The position numbers and the translations under genes were made by a program. The notes under the pieces were generated by a model. It saw only the letters and a list, made by a program, of their open reading frames with translations, ran no database searches and was not told the DNA's origin. Positions 26,318-37,082 of a stretch of 64,000 nucleotides of DNA are shown here, in pieces; position 1 is the stretch's first letter, and the number at the start of each line of letters is the position of its first letter. Source of the stretch: Octopus vulgaris (Eukaryota); NCBI GenBank assembly GCA_951406725.2, contig OX597832.1, positions 2,356,001-2,420,000 on the forward strand, in the 5' to 3' direction.

Positions 26318-26538
26318 TGGTTTCAAATTTTGGCACAAGGCCAGCAAGTTCGGGGGGCGAGGGTAAGTCGATTGCATCGACCCTCAGTGCTCAGCTGCTA
26401 CTTATTTTATCGACCACAGAAAGAAAAAATGAAAAACAGTCAGCCTTGGCAGAATTTGAACTCAGGATATAAAAACGGACGAAATACAGCTAGCATCTTG
26501 GCCGGCGTGCTAATTAATGGTTCTGCCACCTCGCCACC
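26318..26538 (-). mobile_element. tRNA-derived SINE ~125 bp upstream of the HDAC3 ATG
   Basis: Reverse complement of the 17363/49388 family (GGCGAGGTGGCAGAA...GAGTTCAAATTCTGCCAAGG). Confidence 0.75.
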
Positions 26539-28489
26539 CTATTTGCTGATGTTATTATTTCGTAATGTGTAGGCGATGTATAGGAAATACTTATAGCTAT
26601 TGTTGACATTTATTGAAAAATATTTCGCAAAACAAATCTGATAAGCATTGTTGTTAATGTTAAAGCCCATATAAATCCAGCAGTCTGATGATCAAAGGAA
26701 CCCTCCACCAGCCTGACTTTTATAAGTCAAAGTACGTCTAGGACTACATTATCTAATGTGTACTTCCTACTTTAGCACAATAAGATATGCCTAGCAGATC
26801 TAGCAGTTAGATAGAAGCTTCTTCGTAAAATCTTGATGAAATTCATGTCAATTAGACATGTTTTCCTAATTTCTAAACTTTTCTTTATATGTTTCATTTT
26901 GCGAATGGTAAACAATAGTATATTTCAAAGATTAAGATAAACAAAGTTCTATTTTAATCTAAAATATACTCTCCTTCATTTTCTACAATGCTCTTCCATC
27001 TATCTGGTAGACTTGCAAGGCTCCTCTTCCAAAATCCACTTGTCCATGAAGAAAAATACTTCTCGGGAACAAAATTTGCTTAGAGGGTGCAAACTCAGTT
27101 CCAAATTTGGCACTACTGGAGAAGTGTGGATCCCAGTTCCGGGAGTGTGCATGTCACAAATTTGCGCATGCAAGCGCGTTAGTCGTAAGTACTCGAATTT
27201 AGCACACAGATAGACAAGACACGCACTACTTGCTGTAAATGGAAGGTGGGTTATCCATCCAATACAAGAAGAAAATTGCAGATAAATTGAATAAAAATAT
27301 TAAAAATAACAAAATGAGGATCTTTTCCTTTTGAACGGCACTTTGTAACATAATTTCTAGGTAACTAAAAAGTTTTAAACTTCGTATATTGGTAGAATGT
27401 GTTTATAAAACATCATTTTCTCTTGGCTTTATTGAGAAAATTCTATAGGTTGTAACATATTTCGTCTAAAATTTCTTGCATTTCGGCAATTTTAACCAAT
27501 CAATTACCTCCATTGACGTAAATAACATTCTTTGCATAATGAATATGTCCCTCCTTTAAGAAACAGATTGTGAAGAAAAAAAGAATGCTAGGCTGGAGTT
27601 GAAAAAAAAAAAAAGGCACTTACCCAGGCAGTGGTCAAGCAGATAATGGTATGGGATATTAAATGGTCGTTTTGCATCAAAAAGGTGGACAGGGGGAAGA
27701 CCCATTAACCTGGGAGAGCAGGTAGAAAGAAAGAGGAAGTGTAGAGAAAGAAGGCAATAAAGATAGATAGGAGATTATAGAGACAGGAAGAAATGAAAGG
27801 TAGTAAAGAGAGAAAGAACGATAGAAATAGATGGGGAATGTTTTACAAAGAAGAGGATAGGAAAGGTTAGAAAATGGAGACAATGCCCACCAAATGTTGA
27901 AAGCTGTGTGGGGTACCATTGAGTAAGAATAGAAGCGGATGCGTGGCTTTACAAATTTATTTCGGTTTGCAATTATTTATAGTTAAATGTTTACTTTCAC
28001 ATTTTGGACCTAACAACCTATATGAGAAAATCGTTTTGAGGGAAAGAATTTTGAAAGGGTTTTATTTTTAGACTGGGGTCAAACGGTCGAATCCATTCAA
28101 CCATATTTTAAGTCTAGCAACACCAATTACAAAGAACTTGGGAGTGGTACTGAAAGATGGTGAGAAGTATTTGACAAACAGAAAGAGAGAGTTACACATT
28201 TTAACTGGGTGGCAGCTGTCTTCAATAATTCAAGTAATGCTATATATTCAAAATTAACCTTACATGCTGGTTTTGTTGTTGTTATTGTTGCTGCTACTGT
28301 TGTCATTGTCACTTTTTTGTATTTTCACACTACTTTCCTTCAGAAGTTAGTGGTCATAAACTCCCTAGGGAATTTTATGCCAGCTTCATCACTTTTATTT
28401 ATTTATTTATTTCTTGTTTTGAAACGAGATCGAACTTAAGCATTTTATACTGATAGATTTTAGACACTTTTCTCTGAAACTGGTAAGAT

Positions 28490-28755
28490 TATGTAGGGGG
28501 TGCAAATTTTGATCTTGTACCCCCTGAAAATTCCCGGGCCCTTGCCAGTACTGTTCTGATCTCATCAACAAAATTCATATTTTTACCATCCAAATGATTT
28601 TGAGGACTGCAGAATAAAAGATAATCAGATGGGGCAATGCCCAGCGAATGTGGTGGGTACGGCATCATTTCCCATTCAAACTACTCCAGGCTTTAGAATG
28701 TCATCCTTGTATGAGGCCGAGCATTATCCTGATGGAAGAACACCTTTCATCTTGA
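28490..28755 (-). mobile_element. Mariner transposase C-terminal remnant
   Basis: Minus translation VFFHQDNARPH...WEMMPYPPHSLGIAPSDYLLF. Confidence 0.75.
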
Positions 28756-28779
28756 AACCAAAGATGTCAGAGACTTCTA

Positions 28780-30265
28780 AAAGTTGTCCAGGGTCTTTGG
28801 CCCGAATGTATGTCGGAACAGACTGGTCAGCTGATTATCGTTGAGACCTAGGGTTTCCCCTAAGGTATCATCACATTCTGCCTTTACAAGCCTTCTATAA
28901 AAGAATGCAGTGGAACCTCCACCGCAGGTATTGCCCAAGCGACGGAATAGCAGGAGAGCCACAGATACCTCAACCTCAGCGCATGGCTGCACAGCAATAG
29001 CCAAGGCCTCCCTAGCCCACCCTTTAATGGTTGTTGGCAGCAAATAGAGCATCTCACAAGCGGTTTGGAGCCCTTCCACAAGAAGTGGAAGAGCTGTCTT
29101 TCCAGCTTGATCAATCACGAATCAGGGCAAAGAATGATGGTTGGGTGGTAGGTGATGACCAATGCAATGAACACATTGGCTACCTCCACCCTCTCTTTCA
29201 GGAATAACCACTGCGAAGACCAGGTCCTGACTATGTGGGTCACCTTGCTCGATACCTTGGCCCAGTTCTCTATTTGGAGGTCTGGTCCAGACCAAACTCC
29301 TAGCAACTTAATCAAACCTGCCATTCAATGTCCCACGACACTGTCAGGAGGCATTGACTTGCCTCTCCAGGTGCTGAGCTGCAAGCCGATTGGCCTTTCT
29401 CCATTAACTTTTGCTCCTGCCACCGTCTCGTAAACCTTAATGGCCTTGCCTACCCTCTGTAGGTGATCCATTTCAGTTACGATGATGGTGATGTCATCCG
29501 CGTAAGCTGAAACCGACTTTCTACAACATGGCTGTCTTAGGATGTGACTCAATTTTCGCAGTAATGGCTCAAGAGCCATTACGTACAGAAGTGGGGAGAG
29601 TGGACATTTGATGTTGAACGGCCTCGATAAGAAGCCATTCACCTGAACTACCGAGTTGATGTTGTCATAAATCTGAATGATCCACATGAGGAAGCCAAGA
29701 CCTAGACTGAACTGCGCCAGAATGGACACCAGGTAGCGATGGTCAACCCTACCAAATGCTTAGATTGGTCTAAATGGAGCAGTGCCCCACCCTTGCCAGA
29801 ATCACTATTAAACCCCTCTAAAGTGTACCATATAAGATGGAGATTATCCTGGATGGTACATGTCTGTGCTTCCCCAATCAGACCATCCGCGATGTGCCAA
29901 TTTTTTTGATAACACTTTGGCCAAAATCTTCAACTCTGCATTTAGTAGAGTGATAGGCTGAAAATTATCAACAGAATCCCTCTTGTCTGGGTCCTTTCTG
30001 ACAAGCGTCACCACTCCCCAGCACACAGATCTGGGAATAAACCTGTTCTGCTGCCAGTTTGCATAGACATTCGCCAGCAGGTGCCCGAACAAGCCTGGAA
30101 TGCTTTTATGTTCACTGTCAAGGAAACTGCCTCATAGTCCCTGAGAGCGGTGCTGATCATTTCTATATGTTTATGATCCAACACCTCTATGGTGACGCCG
30201 TCAGCATATGCTGACACATTTCCCACATCCTAGATCACACAGGATACCTCTCAATGACTCCAGTT
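28780..30265 (-). mobile_element. L1/Tx1-clade LINE reverse transcriptase remnant, rearranged
   Basis: NFQPITLLNAELKILAKVL, CPLSPLLYVMALEPLLRKL, VSAYADDITII; a second SAYADG segment at 30008-30226. Confidence 0.85.
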
Positions 30266-30289
30266 TGTGTAGTAGAGAGAGAGAGAGAG

Positions 30290-31040
30290 AGAGTGACAGC
30301 GCTGGCGAAAGCATCGGCGGAAAGATAGCAGACGCTATCAAACAACGTTATAGAGAGAAAGTAAAAGGAAGGGAGGAAAGAGAGTGAGAGAGATGGAGGA
30401 AGACAGACAGATAATAGAATGCGATGGCGGCGGGGGAAAGATAATAGACGCTATGAAACGATGTTATAGAGAGAAGGTGAAAGGAAGGGAGGAAAGAGAG
30501 AGAGATGGAGAAAGACAGACACATAAAAGAATGAGAGTAGACTTGTCAAAGTGTGCGTTTTTGGCCCTAGTAACCACACCTTTTAAGATAGGGATTTCTA
30601 ACCTAGCCCACTCACATCCTCACCTCATTTTACATGTTCCTGTAAATTTTGGAGTCAATCCGATGGGATCTAGTGCCCTTTAACCCGTTCTAATGCCAAA
30701 ACCAGACAAACAAACTTTTTGCATTTCAGATTTATAGATATTGACTATCTTAATGTAACCCGCTCTACACGTGGGTGAGGTTGTGGTTGTTACTTTCTGT
30801 TGCTTCCTTTCTGTTTCTTATCGCCACATTCTCCCTCTTTGTTTCTCTCTCACTTTCCCACTCTCTTACTCTTCCTTTCTCTCGGACTTTCCCTCGCTTT
30901 CTCTTACTCTCTATCTTTCTCTATCTATCTCTCTCCCTGTAAATTTTGGAGTCAATCCGACGGGATCTAGTGGCCTTTAACCCGTTCCAATGCCAAAACC
31001 AGAGAAACTTTTCACATTTCAGAATTATAATATAAAGATG
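30290..31040 (+). mobile_element. Two tandem Helentron/HINE-like elements sharing a ~100-bp 3' end
   Basis: CCTGTAAATTTTGGAGTCAATCCGA-GGGATCTAGTG...AGAT at 30638-30738 and 30936-31039; the second copy begins like the 1760 element. Confidence 0.55.
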
Positions 31041-31041
31041 A

Positions 31042-31183
31042 ATACAGATAAGGAAATAATTTTATTCTCAAATGCAGGATAATGCTAATAATATAGCATG
31101 AACAGGATAAACTATCCATTCATGCTATATTATTAGCACTATCATGTGTTTGAGAAGAGAATAAATTATTTCCATATCTGTAT
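31042..31183. repeat. ~140-bp near-perfect palindrome (hairpin MITE-like)
   Basis: ATACAGATAAGGAAATAATTT..TGCTAATAATATAGCATGAA / TTCATGCTATATTATTAGCA..AAATTATTTCCATATCTGTAT. Confidence 0.85.
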
Positions 31184-32459
31184 CTTTATATATATGTATG
31201 TATGTATATGTATGCATATATATATATATACATGTTTGTGTGTGTGTGTATATATGTATATGTACATATTTATATCTTGCTTTCCTTTGCACTCCTGACC
31301 CCATCTCTTATCTAGCTGTCAATCACCTTTCTTTTACCCATCTCTCCATTCATTTCAATCATCTCATCTCACTATCACTCATACCCCTCTACCTTACAAA
31401 GTATGAATAGCTGCTCCACATACCTCCATTACTCTGCTTGCCTTGACCTTCCCTAGACCTATGTATGAGAGACAGTATTGGTCCTCATTGCTCTCCCTGT
31501 ACTCATCTCCCCATTTACTTCAGTCATCATTCTATCAGTCATATTTCTCCTGTGATGTTTACCTACTGCCATTCATCACTATCCTTTCTCAACCCTTTTT
31601 TCTTTCATTATTCTCTCCCCTTAGCTCATTTCTCCCTCTTTGGCCAATCTCCACAACACTCCTACCTATCTGTCCTTCAATGACTCTCTCTAGATCTTTG
31701 TTTTCCTCATTTCGTCCTTTCTTTCATGTTCCCTTCCCTTTACACCTTTCACCTGTACTTATCCTCATGTGATATTGTTCTGGCCTCTCCCTACACAGAC
31801 CATCTCATCACCATTACCACTCTCCTCAACTTTCTCACTAATTCCCACACCACCAAGTCCTCTCCTTTCCCTTCCATATTCTCACTACCACTTTCACAAA
31901 TTTGTTTAAATCTGTTTCTCTCATCATACTTCACTCTCTATCATCACCTCACCTAGAATCATCCTATTCTCTTTTGCTGAGAGAGGCCTTTTAGTGTTGC
32001 AAGTTGCAAGGCAACCTCACTAGTGCTGGTGCTATGAAAAAAGCACTCAGTAGACTCTGAAAATGGTTGGCGTTAGAAAGGGAATGAAATCACAGAAACA
32101 TACCTAAACAGACATTAGAGCATAACAGTTCTCCAGCTTGAAAGATCCTGTCAAACCTTCCAACCCAAACCAGCATGGAAAATAAATGTTAAATGATGCT
32201 GCCACTGACCAACTTTGCCTTTCATTCATTCTGCCAGTATCAATAAAGTAAATATGACACTATACTAGAGTTTACTTAATAAAACTTCTTTTTTTTAAAA
32301 GTCACGTCTAGCCATAAATTAATATCTTCCTGCTATTTAAAAATGGGATCTTGTTTTACTTAACATGCTGAGCTTGATTTTATTGAGGATTTCTACAAGG
32401 ATATAGAGTTCTATGCCAATTATGAAAATCACAACCATTTTTTGGAGAAAAAATTAAGT

Positions 32460-32660
32460 CCTTTCTACTCTAGGTACAAGGCCTGAAATTTTGTGGGACA
32501 GGAGTAAGTCAGTAACATCAGCCCCAGTGCTCAACTGGCATTTATTTCATCAACCCTGAAAGGATGAAAGACAAAGTTAATCTCAGTGGAACTTGAACTC
32601 AGAATATAAACCTGAAAGAAATGCCACAAAGCAATTTGTCTGGTGTGTTAACGATTCAGC
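32460..32660 (-). mobile_element. tRNA-derived SINE, same family as 49388
   Basis: GAAAGGATGAAAGACAAAGTT..TTGAACTCAGAA. Confidence 0.65.
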
Positions 32661-32871
32661 CCTAGAGGAAAAATAACTAAAATAGTTATTGATATTTTTT
32701 GTAATGTTAGCCAATCAGATTTATTCATTCTCAATATCCATTCAGTAGACAACATTATTTGTATATGTTCCCATATCAACCAATTGAAAATATCTTGGGA
32801 TTAGGGTTAGGGTTACGGTCAGATCTTAGGCTTTAGAATCAGAGTCTAGGGTTAAGGTTTAACTCTGGCTT

Positions 32872-33545
32872 TATCAACAGTGCAAAAGTGGGCAACTGAA
32901 TTTCAGAGGGGTAGGGAGAGTCTTGAAGATGACACAAGATCTGGATGCCACCACTGAGGAAAACATCGATTGTGTTCACCACATGCTAATAGATGACAGA
33001 TGATTGACTATAAATGAAATAGCCAATGCTGTTAGCATATCCTGTGAGAGGATTGCGAATATTCTGTTCAATGAACTTGGCATGACAATGGTTTCTGTTC
33101 AGTGGATGCCATGTCTTCTGACATTGTTTGAGACAGATCCAGGTGGTTTCCTTAACCCAGGATGTGTGTTAGGTTTATCACTTTAAACCAGAGACAAAGA
33201 CAATCCATACTGAGGAAACATTCCTCACCGACTCCAAACAAGGCCAAGGTCATTTTATCTGTAGGGAAGTGATGGCCTCAGTTTTTTGGGATGCAAAAGG
33301 CATTGTGTTTATTGACTATCTTTAAAAGGGCCAAACCATCAATGGAGAGTACTATGTCAGCTCACTGAGACAGTTATGAAAGGCTGTCAAGACCAAGTGC
33401 CCCGGAAAACTGATGAAAGGGGTCTCGTTTCACCAGAACAATGCTCCTGCACACAAGTCCTTGATTTCAATGGCTGCTGTGCGTAACTGTGGTTTTGAAC
33501 TGGTTGATCACCCTCCCTTTTCTCCTGACTTGGTTCAATCTCCGT
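32872..33545 (+). mobile_element. Mariner transposase pseudogene
   Basis: VQWMPCLLT (WVPHxL-like), VFWDAKGIVFIDYL, HQNNAPAH, HPPFSPDL. Confidence 0.85.
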
Positions 33546-33867
33546 CTAAATATGATGGTACAGCTAAAAGAAAATCGTCTGCACAAACATCAAGTAAATA
33601 ATTTTTTTAACTGCACAAATTCCAAGTTCCTTACAAAACTTACTTGTTGTTAACAATTAATTAATGAAGTGGAGTTTTGCTGTGAGGACATTGACATAAA
33701 ATTCATTGGCTAAAAGTATGTAACTTTAAATGCTTTTAACTTCTTTATTATAAATTTTCCAAAATAATAACTGCGAGATTCGTAATCAGCAAGCAGAACC
33801 AAATCGAAATTACATTTTCAAAAATTTTCAGATTAAAATTTGTGGTTGGAAGAAGACGAAAACGATT

Positions 33868-34172
33868 CTTTATTTTACAGACCCCGAAAGAATGAAAGAC
33901 AAAGTCGACCTCAATAGTATTTGAACTGTAAACATAAAGATGGACGAAAAGCCACTAAGCTATTTTGCCCGACACGCGAACAATTCTGTCAGTTCGTCGC
34001 CTTTCCCCTTAACCTTTGTATTAGTTTCAAATTATGGCACAAGGCGAGCTAATTCGGGGAGGGGGTTAAGTCTATTACTTATTTTATCAACTCCGAAAGG
34101 ATGAAAGGTAAAGTCGACTGTGGGGGAATTGAATTCAGGAAGTAAAGACAGATGAAATATCACTAGGCATTT
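33868..34172 (-). mobile_element. Two tandem tRNA-derived SINE copies
   Basis: CCGAAAG(A/G)ATGAAAG..AAAGTCGAC occurs twice. Confidence 0.65.
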
Positions 34173-34831
34173 TATCTTACAAGGCATTTTGGTTAATGTT
34201 TACAACTTGACCTGGAAATGAAAATCAAAAAAAAAATATTGGAATTGGTGTAAAATAATGTGTATGAAACGAATATGAAAAAAAATGCATGCAAAGCAAC
34301 AGGAGAGGACTTAGGAAACTTCAAAAGATCCGAGCTTTTCCCTCATAACTTTTAGGAAAATGGGGTTTTTTCAATGAAATTTTATAGTAATACTTTTCAA
34401 ATGACATACATTACGATTATAAAGAAATTTGTGGGGAAAATCTTTTCTAAGGGAGTGGAGAGAGGACTTCGGAAAATTCACAAAATCCGAGTTTTTCCCT
34501 CATAACTTTTAGGAAAATGGGTTTTTTTTAATGAAATTTTATATAAATACCTTTGAAACAGCATACATTATGACTATAAAGTAATTTGTGGGGAAAATCT
34601 TGAGGTAGGGAGAGGACTTTCAGAAAATTCCCAAGATCCAAATTTTTCCTCGTTATATTCCAAAATCACATTCAACTTTCTACAGATACCCTGGTGTAGT
34701 ACTACTACACTACGTAGTGTTTATTTCTACCCACTTTCAATAATGTTTAATGTTTTGGCTTCAATTTTATTTAATTTTCAATTATTTTTACGCTTTTTAA
34801 CCCTTCGTCGTTATTCTCATTCACTCGTAAC

Positions 34832-34865
34832 AAGGCTGCGTGTTCGAATCATGTCGGGGTCACCA
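34832..34865 (+). pseudogene. 3' 34 nt of mature tRNA-Trp including CCA (extended primer-binding site on the minus strand)
   Basis: AAGGCTGCGTGTTCGAATCATGTCGGGGTCACCA; one mismatch to recalled metazoan tRNA-Trp(CCA). Confidence 0.8.
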
Positions 34866-34867
34866 AT

Positions 34868-35030
34868 TGTAACGGCAATAAATTAATTGATTTGGTACAT
34901 AATGTTATGATGATGTCGTGGTCAGCAGATGCAATGATAAAAAGTTATTGTTATGATTGCATGTTGTAAGATGTGGAAGATGAACAATGCATGAAGTTTT
35001 AGGAAAGTATTTATTTACCGTTACGTTACA
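34868..35030 (-). mobile_element. Short LTR (~163 bp) of a Trp-primed LTR element
   Basis: TGTAAC...GTTACA terminal inverted repeats; TGGTGACCCCGAC PBS 2 nt from the LTR end on the minus strand. Confidence 0.75.
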
Positions 35031-35579
35031 AATACCTGGCTTTGACGGGCAGGTTTTGATACATCCAAAAGCATGCAAAGTAAAGTTTGTGTTTGTGCCC
35101 TCTTCATTGTTTAGTAGTAATTGCAGAGACAGATAGAATGATGTTGTAAAAGAACAGAATTAGAGCTAGAGAGAATTGTAGGGTCTTGTCTCACAGTTGC
35201 TTTCCCCCTCTGACCAAGGTTCTAGCTGGTCAGCCAGACTTCGTTGAGTTGTCACTGACTGTGACAAACTAATTTTTGCTTGGGGTATGCTTGCTTATAT
35301 AAGCATTCAGAAGGATAGATATATCATTGAGAACAATAGATTTAGTTGGTGGTCTTGTTATCTCTATTCTAGCTTTTGGTGAAGTAGAAGAAGTTAGAAA
35401 GGGTCAAGTAGTGAAGACATTATTTCGGCCAAGCTAAAGGCATCTGGAAAATGTAAACCCGCTGTCAGCAAAAAACCATTGTTCCACCATGGAAAAAGTT
35501 CTGTTGCAGTGTTAATTTAAATTTGGCTATGGTGGATCGAATCCACTTCATGCATGCAAGATTCATTACACTCGTTATT

Positions 35580-35696
35580 ACTCTCTCTCTCTCTTTAAAC
35601 ACACACACACATATATATATATATACACACATATATTATATACATACATATATGTATATATATATATATATACATATATGTATGTATATGCGTGTG

Positions 35697-35730
<34 letters not shown>

Positions 35731-35797
35731 TATATTATATACATACATATATATATACACATATATGTATGTATATGTGTGTATATATATATATATT

Positions 35798-35843
<46 letters not shown>

Positions 35844-35942
35844 GAGAAAGAGAAGGTAATAACGACGAATGGTTAAAAAGGCGTAAAAATAATTGAAAAT
35901 GAAATTATATATATATACATATTAAACACGTACACATATATA

Positions 35943-35980
<38 letters not shown>
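35580..35980. repeat. Compound (CT)/(CA)/(TA)/(GA) microsatellite block
   Basis: Directly visible. Confidence 0.9.
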
Positions 35981-35982
<2 letters not shown>

Positions 35983-36558
35983 GTTATGAGGGAAAAACTT
36001 GGATCTTGGGAATTTTCCGAAGATCTCTCCTCACTCTTAGGAAAAGTTTTCCTCACAAATTACTTTATAATTGTAATGTATGCCGTTTGGAAGGTATTTA
36101 TATAAAATTTCATTGAAACCCCCCCCCCCCCCATTTTCCTAAAAGTTATGAGGGGAAAACTCAGATTTGTGTTAACCGGCATTTTGTTTGTGATTCTACC
36201 CATTTTGTCGTTCATCCTTGTTAATAATATAATGATTATTGGCGACGGTATAACAGCAGACTAAATGCTTAACAATGTTTTGTTTCAACATTTTATGAGT
36301 CGTAGTTGAACTCCCAGTGACGGACTCCACCATTCATTCCTATTTGGATAGGTAACATGTCTAGTTAATAATAAGTCATTATCTTGTCCTTTACTCTGTT
36401 TAATCGGCACTCCTCTCCTACAAATGGGTTACCTACAGTTAAAGTGAAGTTATTATTAAAATACTTGGTTTATATTTTGGAAATAATTTTATTGCAAAAG
36501 TTCATCTTGACCTGAAGTTTTGAACAGTTTACTTTCATCATTGCACCGTTGGAACAGT

Positions 36559-36568
36559 ACGCATGCGT
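36559..36568. promoter_or_regulatory. NRF1-like palindrome ACGCATGCGT in the putative THOP1-like promoter
   Basis: Perfect 10-bp palindrome with GCATGC core just upstream of the first in-frame ATG; motif match only. Confidence 0.4.
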
Positions 36569-36908
36569 CAGATACATGTCCATGTGTCCAGTGTACTCTT
36601 CGTGTTTAGTGAGAAAGCTGCCTTTCATCTATAAACACCTGTATCACACAACTGCCAGTCCTCTTTTGATACATAATCGCATCTTTATTGGAGTTAAAAA
36701 CCATTTTAACTTTTCAAAACTCCTTCAAACAGCTGTTTCAGCAAGTCAAAAACGAACATTGATCTCAGTTAATTTGTCCGTCGCCGGTCGATCTTTTGAA
36801 ACATTTTTATATTTAAGAAAATTTGTTCTGTTAGATTTTCATCGGCAGCTGTGCTTATCAGTCTGTTGTGCTCCGAGATTTACAGCTAATTTCAATTATT
36901 GTCGCAAT

Positions 36909-37082
36909 ATGTCTGGAAATAATTCAAAAGGAATTAATCTCTCTGGAGTGGAACTTGACTGGGAATGGAATGTCGATAAAATAGCTAAAGTCACTGAAGA
37001 AATAATGGTTAAATCGAAGGCAGTCCATGATAAAGTCGGTACTTTGAAATATGATGAAATAAATTATGATACTGTAATAAAG
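36909..37082 (+). CDS. THOP1: THOP1-like exon 1 ([58 protein letters not shown]); frame open upstream to ATG 36576
   Basis: Donor AAG/GTAAGT at 37082; resembles the THOP1 N-terminal helical region. Confidence 0.9.

Larger units (their letters stand above)
34302..36167. mobile_element. Foldback-like element with arms of ~155-bp tandem units
   Basis: Units at 34302, 34458 and 34610 (CCCTCATAACTTTTAGGAAAATGG) are inverted at 35983-36167; inner inverted pair 34765-34818 / 35852-35905. Confidence 0.65.

Noticed and set aside
34832-34865. Functional tRNA-Trp gene
   Set aside because: Only the 3' 34 nt are present, with no D-arm or anticodon, and CCA is encoded next to an LTR.
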